Shown here: positions 1-12,698 of the stretch, in pieces
How the letters are laid out: each line of letters opens with the position of its first letter
Numbering within the stretch: position 1 is the first letter of the stretch
Origin: a virus
Reading direction: 5' to 3' (one strand)
Virus record (IMG/VR): IMGVR_UViG_3300014911_000001
Span: 32,001 to 96,000 of that record
Length of the DNA: 64,000 nt
Notes under the pieces: generated by a model
The model's input: the letters and a program-made list of their open reading frames with translations, nothing else
Database searches by the model: none
What the model was told of the DNA's origin: nothing
Made by a program: the position numbers and the translations under genes

Positions 1-3000
1 CTGAACATTTCCATAAGTTGCGCCCATGTAGGCAACCAAACAGGATGACGCGATGACCATGAGTGCCCATTTATCGGGGAGATACCAACATAAGCCTCGC
101 CCTCATTACCATCGGGGTAGGTAATATGTTGTGGTTTATCGCTAGTAAGGATCCCATAATAACCCTGTGAACACACAACATGATCACCGATGCGCGGCTT
201 CCATCTGTTCTGTATTTCCTTCACATTGCACATCTTATAATACTTGTCATTCACTCTCTATCTCCTCCTTCTCTTTTATAATAAAGCCAATATTATTACC
301 GCTGACAACTAAACCAACAATTTCCTTGGTTTCTTCAACCTTCTTTATGAACTCCTCAATACCATGACATCTATAATATGCAACAGCATCATATGCTTCA
401 CCTTCTTTTGAATTAATAAACCAGTAAACCTTTTCCATTGTTATCTCCTTTCCGTCCATGACTGGGCATAAGCCCATTTCCTTTACCTTGTTACTTCCTT
501 TCCACAGAACCTACATCTATACACATATACCTCCTGTTCATCCCAACCGCCTAATGTGAGAACCTTTTTATAGCGACCAGTGGATTCTTTCCTTTCCCAA
601 AAGTGTATACACCCATCAATAGAGTCCTCATCTATTATACGGACCGTACCATCATTTAGCATCGCTTTAGTAATAAACCAAGGGCGGCCCAATTCATAGC
701 CATCGATTTCATCACTATAAATGACGCGCGCTTTCACCTCATCCGTGTCTTCATCAACCTTAAAATATTCGATCCTACCTTTCAATACTTCATCCTTATG
801 CTTAACTTCTACAGGTGTAAATTTATCAAGACCTGTCTCCTTTTTAAATTTTTCTATCATCTTCTGTTTAAGCTCTGCTAATGTCATACTACACCTCCTT
901 TTCTTCTTTGTTGATATTAAACAATTCCTCCAATGAACATTTTCTCAAGATATTATTCGCTATTTCCAAAAATCCAATGGTCAATCCTATCATTCCACTA
1001 ATAGCTCTTGCTATGAACCAACAAGCTAATCCCAAGCCTGATAGTAATAAGATTCCTATCGCAAAATCCATCATTTCTCCTTATCGGAAAATGCATGATT
1101 TACATCCTCAACCCACGCATGAATAGCTTCCAATGCTTCCTTATATTCCTCATCAGGGATTTCTATATTATAACCCAAGCACTCTTTCAGATCATTGATG
1201 GTCTTAATATTACACAAAGTATCATAAGTATATAGAACCTGTTGGTCCCTATCATGAACCTTTTTGTGCAATATAAATAATAATTGATCATCCTTAGGCA
1301 AGCCATCATTCATGCCGTCCCAATAAATGTACCAGTTCGAATAACTCCACCTAAGATATGCCATACTCCTTTCTCCCTTTAATCTGTATATGGTTCAACA
1401 ATCTTCACATACCAATGAGAGCACTTGCCGGGCTTCCACTTAGGATGTGCTTGTTTTATCATTTCAGTCGTTGGTCCTACTGGTTCGCATACCTCCAATC
1501 TAGTCTCCCACCAACCTTCAAGTGATTCATTAAAATCCTCTACAAATAACTTAGCTAAAGACTTCACCTCTTCCTCCGTTAGATCAGGATAGAAAATGGC
1601 TCCATCAGTTAACATTCCTTCTGTCCTGCATGTTATATAGGCTTCATAAATCGTATCAGCATAACGCTTATTGCTAGTATGAATATCAATTTCTATGATC
1701 CTTTTCATTCTTCTTTTCGTCAATGTTCAACAACTTTCTTAATTCCTCTATGGCCTCTTCTGCAAGTCTCTTCCCAAATAATTCAGGATCCTCTTCGATC
1801 TCCAATTCCTCCTCGTCATCAGGAAGGTATTCATTTTTAAACTCTTCAATAGACTTGAATACCTTCTCCTTTTTCTTTCTTCTTTTCGACATCCTCACCT
1901 CCTTGTCCAAGGACTGTTGACTCTAAACAAGATGGGCGTTCCGAAATTAAGAAAATGAAGTCGCCATGTTCTATGGCATCTTGAAGGTCATAAATGCACC
2001 AAACCTCTTTACCAATTTTAAAGAGTCCTCTTTCCATGGGTACCAATATATGACATTTTGGACACTCTATAACACTCGGCATACCCGGTACATATATAAT
2101 AAGATCATCTGAGGAATCAAAATCAATGGTCTGTGTGTCAGTTGAATCAGATGTGTATGTACCTGTGTCATACCAAACATGGTAGTTAGTACCATCATCA
2201 TTATAACTATTAAAGGGCACATAATCATCAAAAGGTACAAATGGCACAATAGGATATGCTCTTAGTGGAAAAGCTAGCATATGAGAGGGTAATTTAATAT
2301 CTACCTCACCCTCAAAAACATCCCTTGTAAGTAAATATGCAGCAAATCCATTTTTATACCTATCAAGCGCATTCCGTAGTGAATGCACAAATACAGACAC
2401 ATGCTCTCTGAAGCGGCATGTGAATTCTCGCATTAAGCCGCGCAGTTCAGGAACATTAGTATCAATAATTGCTATATGCTCTCTGGAAGGCGAGTCTTTA
2501 TTATAACCAATTATCACATAAGGCATAAGCGCGTCATCACTTTGCATGTTTACCTCCCTTTGTTAGTAATCTCCTATTTCAAGGTAATATGTTTGCCAGT
2601 GGTAATTAATGGTGTCATTATAATCATTAATGAATTTTTTAATGGTGATATTAAGCCCGCCGGCTTCACTTTTCTTAACATCTGATACAAATATATACGG
2701 CGGGTATATAATATTATCCGGTATCGAATGCTGATTTGAGAAAGCACTAAGCGCGTGCTTAAAATAATTTCTTGCTACATTCGGCGTGACAATACCACCA
2801 GCATCTTTATAAGATGTAGGATGAGCATAATTTACATAGTCATATCCAAAATACATCATCTCTGATTCTATCTGTACTCTATAAGCGAGATCTAATAGAA
2901 CCATGTTTTCATAAAAGATGCTCATAAGATAGATGACATCATTCACAAAATTCCCCTTATGATATGTTTCTATATGATGATCATGTATATCTGGTGGTAA

Positions 3001-4361
3001 TTCCAGTTCATACCGCCAGCCCATAACACCACCAGCTATGATCCTTAACGACGGTAATACAGATTCATCAATTAGGTATTCAATTACCTCCTTACCAAAG
3101 TTAACATCCTCTATTTCAGGTGGGTAGAAGACAATACATTCCGAGTAGGAAGAAAAAGGACTTTCCTTCATTTCCACATCTATAGAATGGGGTCGGATTT
3201 CCTCTCCCTTGGATGTAGTAACTGATTCTATAATGAAGCACCTCTTTTCTTTATTTATAGGAATCATAATATTCATTCACCCTCCTTTGTATTTTGTTGA
3301 AGCATTCTCTTTACATCGCCCAGTGTCAAGTTTTCAGAGATCCAGCGCACCCTCTTTCCTTTATTTATTAAATGAATCATTTCGGTTTTGTCAAGTAGAA
3401 GAAGCCGCGGCTTCTTCCCCTTCTCATACAAAATAGCCCAGCGCATGCCTTTGCGAAAAAACATTAGCGTCTCTACCTCCTAAATAGTCTTGCTATTGAT
3501 AAAGCACGACTAACCTTTCTTACTGTACTTGGCATATAGTTATAGCGTCCGATATTCGTCAAACCTATGTTAATAAGCACCGCACCGAAAAATATCAATA
3601 AGTAATCGAGAGGTTTTATTTTCATCGAATTATTACTACTTTGCCTGACTTTATAATAAGGCTTATACCTTCTTAATTCTCCCATTTCTCCTCCTTTTTT
3701 TATAGTTGTATCAAGAGTATTAATAAGCCACTCCCTTCAAACTGACATATAACTTCCTATAAATAATTGTATATCATCAGGTAAATTTTCGATCGCATTC
3801 CACCGTATATCGGCCGCGCTACCACTTTCAGGCACATAAACAATGTAGTTGTTATCAACCCATATTTCTGGCAAGATTTCCTTACCATATGTGAAGTCGG
3901 TTGCAAGTCGTTCAACGGCTTCAGGGATTTCACCATCATCGAGATCCTTTGTTAGCTGAGTCTTAACTTCATACATCACAAGGGCAATAAGATCTGAAAA
4001 ATCGTTCATTGTGCACCTCCTATGATATCAATCTCTTTGATCATATCCTTTTTAATTCTCATATAACCTCTTGTTGGTTCTCCATTAATACGACCATTTT
4101 CAACAATTGCATATGTCAATTTTCGTTCCGGATGTGAATCATATGGCTCAATAACATAATCTTCAAACTCGCAACATGCATTTTCCTCAATGGTCTGGAT
4201 GAGATCATTTGCATCTACTTCACATTCCTTAGTATAATATTCAATGTCTTCATCATCGGTTTCCATTATGGCATATCTAGCTTCCTCTATTACCCATTCA
4301 ATCTTATCTGTCTCGATTATTGCACCATTATTTAACATGATTCTAATCATAATTACCTCCT

Positions 4362-4706
4362 TTACCTTTTTAATGATTTAAATTCATTAGGATCTGGCTT
4401 CTCAAATGTTATCGTCCATCCTTTTCGTGGTTTAATATTAGGCCAGCGCTTCCTATCAAGAACATGGATCCTCTTATGCACGAAATCAATAAATGCTATC
4501 CAGTTTCTCCTGTAACCAAGATCTTCAAACAACCATACGATATCCTTCGACTGAACTACACCAGCCCGCACAAGTGAAGCCCATATTGATCTTGTAAAAG
4601 GATTCTGCCGCGCAACAATCATTCTGCCATTCCTGACGGAGAGCTTCTTTGTATCGGTCCTAACCTCCTTTATGGCCTTTCTTATCCACTCCGTTAATGA
4701 TAACAT
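4362..4706 (-). CDS. Hypothetical protein, paralog of 35727-36095
   Basis: Shared MLSLT..., QNxxTxSxW, IxWxF, RRxWIA, V(L/M)DR, KGW/NGW pattern. Confidence 0.75.
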   Translation of the reverse strand: MLSLTEWIRKAIKEVRTDTKKLSVRNGRMIVARQNPFTRSIWASLVRAGVVQSKDIVWLFEDLGYRRNWIAFIDFVHKRIHVLDRKRWPNIKPRKGWTITFEKPDPNEFKSLKR

Positions 4707-5331
4707 CTTAAACCTCCTTTAGATTAAGCTCTCCCTCTGATTTAACTATGATTATATGATCAGGAGGGTCCAGCCTCTTTAATTGCTTTTTACTCTTTCT
4801 ATAAACAGACAGAGCCTTTGCCTTGGCTTCATTCCCATCCTTTGCTTCTACAGGAATCTCATAAGCATTCCTTACCTCAATTACATACACTATATGCTTT
4901 GACATTTGTTAACCTCACATGTTCCGTAGTGCTCTACAAACAGATATAACAATACCTCTTTCCACATCAACCTTATCAATAGGATTGCGTTTTGCTACTC
5001 CTATAGCCGATGCATTTCGACCTCGCCTCTTAAGCCGCGCCACAGTAAAGTTACCTTGAATGTTGATCTCGCAGCTGCTATAATTACTTAGTTTCTTAAG
5101 CAGGCGGCTCCTCTTATGCTGTTTTCTTACCCTCTCTTGGATAAGTCTCTTGACATCATCGACTGAAAGGATTACTCTTGTTACCTTCATAATCCCTCCT
5201 TTCTCTTTTGTTTTTTGTTCATTAAATTGACTATTTATACCTATTTATCCTCTCTTACCATCTTTCATCACAATATGACAACCTTTTGCTAACTTCATCA
5301 AAGAAAGTAAAGCATCCATTAAATTCTATTT

Positions 5332-5646
5332 TCATGTCATTGTAACAAGTGTGTATTTAGCTTCATAGGGACAAAGAAATGTACTTGGAAGTGGAATGAG
5401 AATTCGCTTGATATCTATCACTTTGGTATCATTCCAACCCTGCATATCACCCCATTTCTCTGTACTACTGTCCTCAATAATTCTGATTTTGGTTTTCTCA
5501 CTGTGAAGCAATTCCATCAATTTATTCCAACATGGAGCGCGCAATTCCGGATACTTGAATCCCATTATTAACTCATGCAGGCTAAAAGCAATAAATTCAT
5601 TATCAACATTAATAAAGAATTTCAATTCATATGGATTAATGTACAT
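5332..5646 (-). CDS. Hypothetical protein, tandem paralog of 5688-5870
   Basis: Both begin MYIxP and share FIxFSxxELIxG...PExR...WNxLxELLH. Confidence 0.75.
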   Translation of the reverse strand: MYINPYELKFFINVDNEFIAFSLHELIMGFKYPELRAPCWNKLMELLHSEKTKIRIIEDSSTEKWGDMQGWNDTKVIDIKRILIPLPSTFLCPYEAKYTLVTMT

Positions 5647-6224
5647 TGTTATACCTCCGTTTCAGATTTCCATAACTATTATACCCATCAACAAGAATAA
5701 ATCAACTTAATTTCTGTGTTATCATTATGCAATAATTCTATTAATTCATTCCAATAATCTGGACGTGATTCTGGGTCTTCATATCCTTGTATTAATTCTT
5801 TAAAGCTAAAACCGATAAAACCTGTATTAGTAGCAACAAGAAACACCATGTCATCAGGTTTGATATACATTACTACCTCCCGTATTATTGTTTAACGCTC
5901 ACTAATTTCTTACAATCTTTTGGTAGCATTATGATTAGGGGATATTTGAAGCCCGCGCCTCTTACTGTACCCCTCAACACTTTGCATTCATATGAATTAT
6001 CAGACATGATTATGGAACACACCATGAGCTCGGTACCCTTTTTCAGCTCTATGAATCCTGAAGCGGAACCACCAATATCAAATTTTAATTTATCTTTTAA
6101 CACAAGATGGGTACCTATATCGATAGGCGCCGGCTTCTTCCTACTAGCCTTCTTTACTGTTTCTACTATATAAGTTGTTCTTTTCTTTGCTTTTGCCTTC
6201 TTTGGACGCCTCATTTAACCTCCT

Positions 6225-6563
6225 CTATTGTCTATGTTTATTATCTTCTGCCCGTTCGTCTTTCTTGGCCTCCTCACATGCAATATGGTATGTATAACTC
6301 ACCATGTGCTCCCACAAGTCGTGCCACATATCACTAAGAAGCCGCGCTGCTATATGCCTAAGGAACATATCTGTTTCCTTATCTGTTAGCTCTCTATCAA
6401 GAAGACTATTGCTATTTAATTCATCCTTACCGATGGCAAGAAGATTAACAACATGACCGCCGCGCTTCAATATAGCACATTCATACTTATTACCATTAAC
6501 ATCTTCAAGTTCAAATTTCGTACCACTCCTCCATTTTATTTTGACAACATTCCATCCATTCAT
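6225..6563 (-). CDS. Hypothetical protein, tandem paralog of 6569-6913
   Basis: Shared WxxVKIK...F...CxI(L/I)KRxG pattern. Confidence 0.7.
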   Translation of the reverse strand: MNGWNVVKIKWRSGTKFELEDVNGNKYECAILKRGGHVVNLLAIGKDELNSNSLLDRELTDKETDMFLRHIAARLLSDMWHDLWEHMVSYTYHIACEEAKKDERAEDNKHRQ

Positions 6564-7582
6564 TTTGGTTACCTCGGTAGTTCAATATTATATTTTTCTG
6601 CAGCATCTTCAATGCCTGCCCATAACATTTCCTCTAAATTTCTATATATTGGATTTAATATGTCATCCAATATATCACCAACATATTCCAATACATAATC
6701 AGTAAAATCATCACTAATATCCATCCCTACTGTCTCTCTTACATACTCCTTATTAACAAGTGTTAAACCTATAGTCCTGCCATTACGTTTGATTATTTGA
6801 CACAGACACTCCTCACCATCGATGAATTCTATCCTGAATACCGTATCAGAAACTTTTTTTATTTTTACTATCTTCCACTCATCCATTTTAATCCTCCACC
6901 TTCTCAGGTTCACCTATGGCAATATGAGCGAAGAGCCAATCAGTTGCCTGCTCTATGGCTAACATTTCGTCGGCGGCTTCAACCTCTAAATATCCCTTTA
7001 TTTCAATATCATCTATTGCATTTGTAGCTATACCCCAAGGAATCTTAAACTTCATGACTCACCTCCTTAAATTTTGATTCAAGCCATTTGAGACATTTCT
7101 GAGAATGAAAATAATCCCATACATAATTAGGAATTCTATCAAATTGAGTTGTTGGTTCTAAACTTATAATCTTATGCTCTGGGTTGTACCATATAAGAAA
7201 GATTTCACGATTAAGAAGTTTCCATATGCGTTTATCAATTTTTCTATTGCTGCTTTCTAACTTATCATAAAACAATCCATTAACAAGGTAATAGTAATCA
7301 TTCCCATCTTTTACCTTCATCATTATACTTCTCCTCCTTTTTATCCAGCTCTTCAATACAAAAAACTGCCGCCGAACCAAGTACGAAAATAAGCGTTGCT
7401 ATATTGTGAAGCTTCTGCATGTCAACTTTATTTTTATCTTTTTTATCACGAATATAATTATCCAAGGCAACAAATAGTGCTTCCATCGGTTCAACATTAT
7501 TGCGGCAGGCTTCCTTAAATAGATCAACAGAAGGATTATCTAAATAACGCTCCCAATCTCTCCATGACATAATATCCTCCTT

Positions 7583-8074
7583 TTAAACAGTTACGAATTG
7601 TGAAACCAACTCTTTTAATGATCCCTCTTCTATTATATATCCATTATAATTAGCAACTATGACATACCAATTCATAGGATCATTCTGATCATGTGATCGA
7701 TATACGAAATATAAATACTCTACATCCCCATGTAAATACGGTTCCAACTTCTCAAGTGGTATATACTTTGAACCATCACCATCAGAAATCGGTGAATCAA
7801 TATCGAAATCAAAAACAACACCCGAGAATCCATATCCTAATGTTAATCCCGATCCTTTTTCCTTCTGTCTTTTGCACCAGTAAACCCAATTTGCTGACAT
7901 GTACTCAGCATCAAATCGCATACCCCAATATTTATCCTCTCTTAGCCATTTATTGAATCGAACAAGCCGCGCCAGTATACCAGCATCTGTATCAGGATAT
8001 CCATCTGAATGCACATATGTTATATAGGCACCATAATCATCAACAAAGATCACATGACATCTCGTGGACATCAT
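7583..8074 (-). CDS. Phage hypothetical protein (MSTR...YVHSDGYP type); start trimmed to 8074
   Basis: GGAGG directly upstream of ATG at 8074; the upstream extension of the ORF runs through GC-rich hairpins. Confidence 0.7.
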   Translation of the reverse strand: MMSTRCHVIFVDDYGAYITYVHSDGYPDTDAGILARLVRFNKWLREDKYWGMRFDAEYMSANWVYWCKRQKEKGSGLTLGYGFSGVVFDFDIDSPISDGDGSKYIPLEKLEPYLHGDVEYLYFVYRSHDQNDPMNWYVIVANYNGYIIEEGSLKELVSQFVTV

Positions 8075-8224
8075 TACCTCCTTTTTCTGATGGGGCAGCC
8101 CCGAAGGACTGCCCCGTTGAAAGGAGCCATCATGAGGACGGACACTTTCACCTCCTTCGAAGCCTGCTGAGGTGACCCACGAAGGGCCACCCCAGCACGA
8201 GAAAGGAGCTGCCATGAGGAGTGC

Positions 8225-8770
8225 TTAGAAGCCTACATCATCATCCATATCCTTCGGGAAGGGAGGCTCTTCATCAAATTCCTCTTCGTCCTCCTCACCT
8301 ACAGGAAGCTCATCCTCCTCTTCATCCTCGATATCCTCATCTGCACTCGCGCTTGTACGCCCATCATACGGTCTCTCACGGATAAGATCCCTTATCGTCT
8401 CATCGAGATACAAATAGAGTAGATAGAGTTCGTGTGAATCAAGAGGGAAGGCCAGCTTCCTTGCTTTCTTCTTCCCTGTTTTCTTGCTAATCGTCAGGAA
8501 GAAGGTATCCTTATAGAGACCGAAGGATAGTACGCTACTTCCCTTACCGCCAGCAAGAGATGCATCGTGTATGAAGCGGACCTTCTTACCTTTTCGGACG
8601 CCAAGAGCCAGCTGGGCGGCTTCCGTTAACCCAAGCTTCATCGTTAATCCGTCATCCATGTTGAAGCCGTCGCCCTCCTCATCAGCAGGATACAGAGAGA
8701 GGTAAATACTGCGGTCCTCCACTCTAGCATTGGCTCTGAGATACACAGACTTTTTGAAAAGACTCAACAT
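8225..8770 (-). CDS. Single-stranded DNA-binding protein, Whirly/PC4-like fold with acidic tail
   Basis: By-eye match to the Whirly pattern (LSLFK..., KLGLTEAAQL, RFIHD, FFLTIS, FPLDSHELYLL); long D/E tail ending DDDVGF. Confidence 0.6.
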   Translation of the reverse strand: MLSLFKKSVYLRANARVEDRSIYLSLYPADEEGDGFNMDDGLTMKLGLTEAAQLALGVRKGKKVRFIHDASLAGGKGSSVLSFGLYKDTFFLTISKKTGKKKARKLAFPLDSHELYLLYLYLDETIRDLIRERPYDGRTSASADEDIEDEEEDELPVGEEDEEEFDEEPPFPKDMDDDVGF

Positions 8771-8788
8771 AATAACACCTCCTTTAGG

Positions 8789-9199
8789 TTAATTATTATT
8801 CTTTTGATTCAAAAATGCAAGTGCTTTTTCCTCTGTTTCTGCTATTGTTCTTCCACAATATGGACATACCCATTTATTCAATCCGCCTGTGGAAGTGATA
8901 TCATATGGCCAATCATCATATGTTCCATCTGGATTAAGTTTCCAGCTTACAAAACACTTTTGGACATTCTCTAAATATCTTATTTCCTTATTGCAATGTG
9001 GGCATATTGGATAATTCTCCTCTTTGTAAGCGCGAAGTTCAATACGGCAATTGTATCCTTGCCTTTTCAATTCTGCTATGATATCTTCATATTCCCTTAG
9101 CCTTTCTATTACTTCATCTTTATCAACCTCATGAATGTTTGCCAACAATCGATTAACCATATTCATCAACTTGGTATCTGACATATCCTTAAGATTCAT
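8789..9199 (-). CDS. Zn-ribbon protein
   Basis: CPHC...CPYC; RBS present. Confidence 0.65.
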   Translation of the reverse strand: MNLKDMSDTKLMNMVNRLLANIHEVDKDEVIERLREYEDIIAELKRQGYNCRIELRAYKEENYPICPHCNKEIRYLENVQKCFVSWKLNPDGTYDDWPYDITSTGGLNKWVCPYCGRTIAETEEKALAFLNQKNNN

Positions 9200-9211
9200 G
9201 TTTGACCTCCT

Positions 9212-9796
9212 TTATTCAATATAAATTGTAACACGAGGCCGCGGCCTCATTATCTTCTCTATAACCTTCTTCGTAAGTTCTTTACCAACAACATATTCAA
9301 AATATTTACGATCGCTAAACAGTTTACTTTCCGGTGGAATGGTACCATCAGTAAGAGCTTGATATGCATCAAGTTTAGGACTAAGATCCATACCACAACC
9401 ACCTAGTGCAAGGAAAAACCGACTGTTATACTCAAACGGTATGAGATCGCATTCTATAGCCGCATTTACATCCTCTCTATGTGGTTCATAATATACTATC
9501 CAATATGAAAGATCCTCTTTTAATTGCTCAATTGCCTGCCATTTCCTTTCATCCTCATCCTCATACTCATACTTTTCCTTATACAATTCTATAATTTCAT
9601 CAGGAAATTCCACTTTCATTATATAATCATCATCATAATCGCTTAATCGAACTTCGTCATAAAAGGACTCAAACGGCCGCGTGCGCACTCTTTCGATCAC
9701 AGCCCTTATATGTGTATTATCATTAGCCACAAGTCTATTAAACATATATGTTATAGCATCATCATGTTCGATTGTTTCTATTAGTTTCTCATTCAT
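9212..9796 (-). CDS. Phage hypothetical protein
   Basis: 194 aa ORF with GGAGG; LALGGCGMDLS motif. Confidence 0.7.
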   Translation of the reverse strand: MNEKLIETIEHDDAITYMFNRLVANDNTHIRAVIERVRTRPFESFYDEVRLSDYDDDYIMKVEFPDEIIELYKEKYEYEDEDERKWQAIEQLKEDLSYWIVYYEPHREDVNAAIECDLIPFEYNSRFFLALGGCGMDLSPKLDAYQALTDGTIPPESKLFSDRKYFEYVVGKELTKKVIEKIMRPRPRVTIYIE

Positions 9797-11480
9797 TAGT
9801 TACCTCCTGTAGTTACCTCCTGTGAGCTGACTTTTATAAGAAGCCCGCCGTTCTCCTGCAACTCCTCTGGATCGAATTCTTCAACCTCCATGGTATGACC
9901 GCAAGCAAATGTTATCTTCCTCACATTCTTAACATAGTCGTCGGGATCCGTCATATAGAGAAAAACAGCACCGTCTTCAATAAGCGCATGCACAATGACC
10001 TGATTCTTATCATTGTAACACTTTATTTCATTACTTATTTCTCCGCATTCTGGACAGAGCCATCCCTTGTACATGGAGTAACCTCCTTTCTCGTAAATGG
10101 GTTTATGAACCTCTCAAACTTCTCTCTTATAAGAAGCTCGGCGCATCTTTTACATAAAGGGTAATTTGCTTTGAGGATTTCCATGAGGGCATATGAAGGC
10201 GAGGCTTCCTTTATCTCCTTTCCGCATATCACACAACGCATAATAACCTCCTTTTTACCGTATTATTATTTCACCAGAATCAATCGCGGATAATGTCTCC
10301 TCCATTTCATAAAGCTTTGTTTCTAAGAACTTTCTGCTCTCTTCACTTAGTTTATCACCATACTCCTCAAGGATCCTACTCAACATTCTCCTCCATTCCT
10401 TTAAATCCTCATAGTCACTTCTATGTATTACCATTTATTTCCTCCTTTTCAAAACACAACTCAAGATGTGACCTATAACCTCTACTCTCCAGTTCATCCA
10501 TTATAAGTGAGAATTCATCCCACTCATCATCAGAGATATTGGCATCACGAACCATAATAGCATAATGCAATTCCTTCGCCCTCTTTATGAGATCCTCATC
10601 TGTTGCTCTTATGATACTTGCAATCTTCATTCTTCTTACCTCCTTTACCTTTAATAATATTTCTTATTTTTGATTAATCAATAATTTTTTGTCCATTAAA
10701 TTGACTTTTGTAGTTGTCGTCATCTGACACAGCTAATGGTAAAACGCTTATGTGGCCTTTGTTAGCCTCCTTACATTTATCTAGGAATGAGAGAAATGAA
10801 TATTCATCCATTATGAGGTGGAAGCCGGCGGCCTCATCACTTGCTCGTACTGTTCTGAAAAAGACAAATAACTCACCATTATCAACACTAAAGTTAATTC
10901 CTATCATTGTTGCTCTCCTTTTCAAGTAACTTAGCAATCAATCTCTTTATATTCTCTATTTCTCTTTGCAGATCATATACCTGCTTCGTTACTATGCTGA
11001 GGCATATTTCTAGATCTTTCAGTCTGCTCATATCGTTTCCTAGTTTTGATTTTATAGACCATACCAAACTTGTAATTCTCTGGATCGATCCATCCATGAA
11101 AGTGTTTTGGTAGAACTCTACGACCCTTGCGTTTGTAGAATGCTACCTTCTTTCTCTGCTCCTTCATCACCAAACCTCCTTCACAGGGAAAGAGGTGAGA
11201 CCCGGTTACTTGAAAGGGGGTTGTTTTATGGATTATGGACCGCGCTAGGTATGCTACGCGGAGGAAGGCCGGGCCTCACCATACCTCTTATGTCTCCCTC
11301 AATAATCTTTCCTTTACATAGACCTCGAGAAGCGATCTGAATACCTTACTACTACAGAAATGCTTATCCATTACAAACACATGATCTCCTTCGGTCCTTA
11401 CTCGCTTGTCCCATGTGTGGCCGGCTTCAAGAATACTAAACACATCATCATCAGAGAGGCGGACCTCACTACCATTATCA

Positions 11481-12680
11481 TCAGTCCTCAAAACAAACGC
11501 ATCGGGTGTGATTCTTATTAACATAATCACCTCCTTTTAGGTTTATATCTACTAATAAACGATTTGTCTCCTCAAATTTCTCTCCATATTCTATTCCCAT
11601 AATATCTGCATATTCCTGTATCAGTATTGGTGCAAAGAAATAAAGACGCTTATAATGTCTATCATTTTTCCTATATCTATGTTTGACAGACAGGTATAAA
11701 GAAGTAAGTAATTTCGCATGACCTCTTGTTATCAGCAAGTCATATAAGTTGTCATTTATAACAAGATAAGTTTCATCAGAGGAAAACAATTTTGGGAAAA
11801 TTTCGGATTCAGAATGATATACTGATGCATAACGGTAATAATATTTATCACTCATGACGATCCATGGCATATCAACTGGCATCTTCACAAGACTAACATT
11901 ATGATATGGCTTATGCTCGTGACCTGTATCCAACTTCACTTCTACACTACTGTTAAACAGCGACTTCATTGTTTGGATAAGGAATAATCCACCTATGTCT
12001 ATCACATTCACTCCATCAGATGGCAAAGATTTCTTAATAGTATCAGCATCCTTATAGACTGTAGTTAATAATCCATCCGGCACTCTGATCATATAGTTGA
12101 TTGATTCACCTTGGATAACCAGCTCATTATCTGCATCTGCAAATCCTTCCGCGTCGTTTGAACTAATATACTTTTTCCATCTACCAATATAATTTCCATA
12201 AAAACCATATGGTTTATTCCGATCAGCTGACCACTTACCATACAACATTATATTGCCTAGTGATATAGGATCATTAACATCAAAGTGCAATAAAAGAATG
12301 GGCATGTCGTATTTAGCTGAAGCTGTATAAATATGCCCTATATGCGCCGTTGTAGTTGTACTATAGTGGAGATAGTATGACCTTATGAAGCACACGGACC
12401 TCTGGTAATCAGATTTACCGCTACGGCGATCATACTTGTATTCATGGAAAACATATCCAATACCAGAACTATAGGAACAGATTCTCAGTCCAACAACTCT
12501 TTTGCAAGAGTTATAATTCCTACAAAATATCCTATCATAATATTGATGAAACCAGAAAGATCCTTTGTGATTACTACACCCATCATAACGCGAGAGGTCA
12601 AAATGGGGGTTAAGCGCGGCTTCCGCTACATCATGATTCTTCATACGCTTCAGACGGATGTTTCTTACTGAAGAAGACAT
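11481..12680 (-). CDS. Hypothetical protein (399 aa)
   Basis: Long ORF with AGGAGG RBS. Confidence 0.7.
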   Translation of the reverse strand: MSSSVRNIRLKRMKNHDVAEAALNPHFDLSRYDGCSNHKGSFWFHQYYDRIFCRNYNSCKRVVGLRICSYSSGIGYVFHEYKYDRRSGKSDYQRSVCFIRSYYLHYSTTTTAHIGHIYTASAKYDMPILLLHFDVNDPISLGNIMLYGKWSADRNKPYGFYGNYIGRWKKYISSNDAEGFADADNELVIQGESINYMIRVPDGLLTTVYKDADTIKKSLPSDGVNVIDIGGLFLIQTMKSLFNSSVEVKLDTGHEHKPYHNVSLVKMPVDMPWIVMSDKYYYRYASVYHSESEIFPKLFSSDETYLVINDNLYDLLITRGHAKLLTSLYLSVKHRYRKNDRHYKRLYFFAPILIQEYADIMGIEYGEKFEETNRLLVDINLKGGDYVNKNHTRCVCFED

Positions 12681-12698
12681 CAGAAACCTCCTTTCTCC

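Larger units (their letters stand above)
247..7570 (-). other. Co-directional run of >20 small hypothetical phage ORFs (e.g. 483-887, 1071-1364, 1379-1723, 1846-2547, 2563-3276, 3737-4009, 4006-4350, 4915-5190, 5885-6214, 7298-7570)
   Basis: Tightly packed or overlapping ORFs, most preceded by GGAGG (cctcc on + strand); no recognisable domains. Confidence 0.8.
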
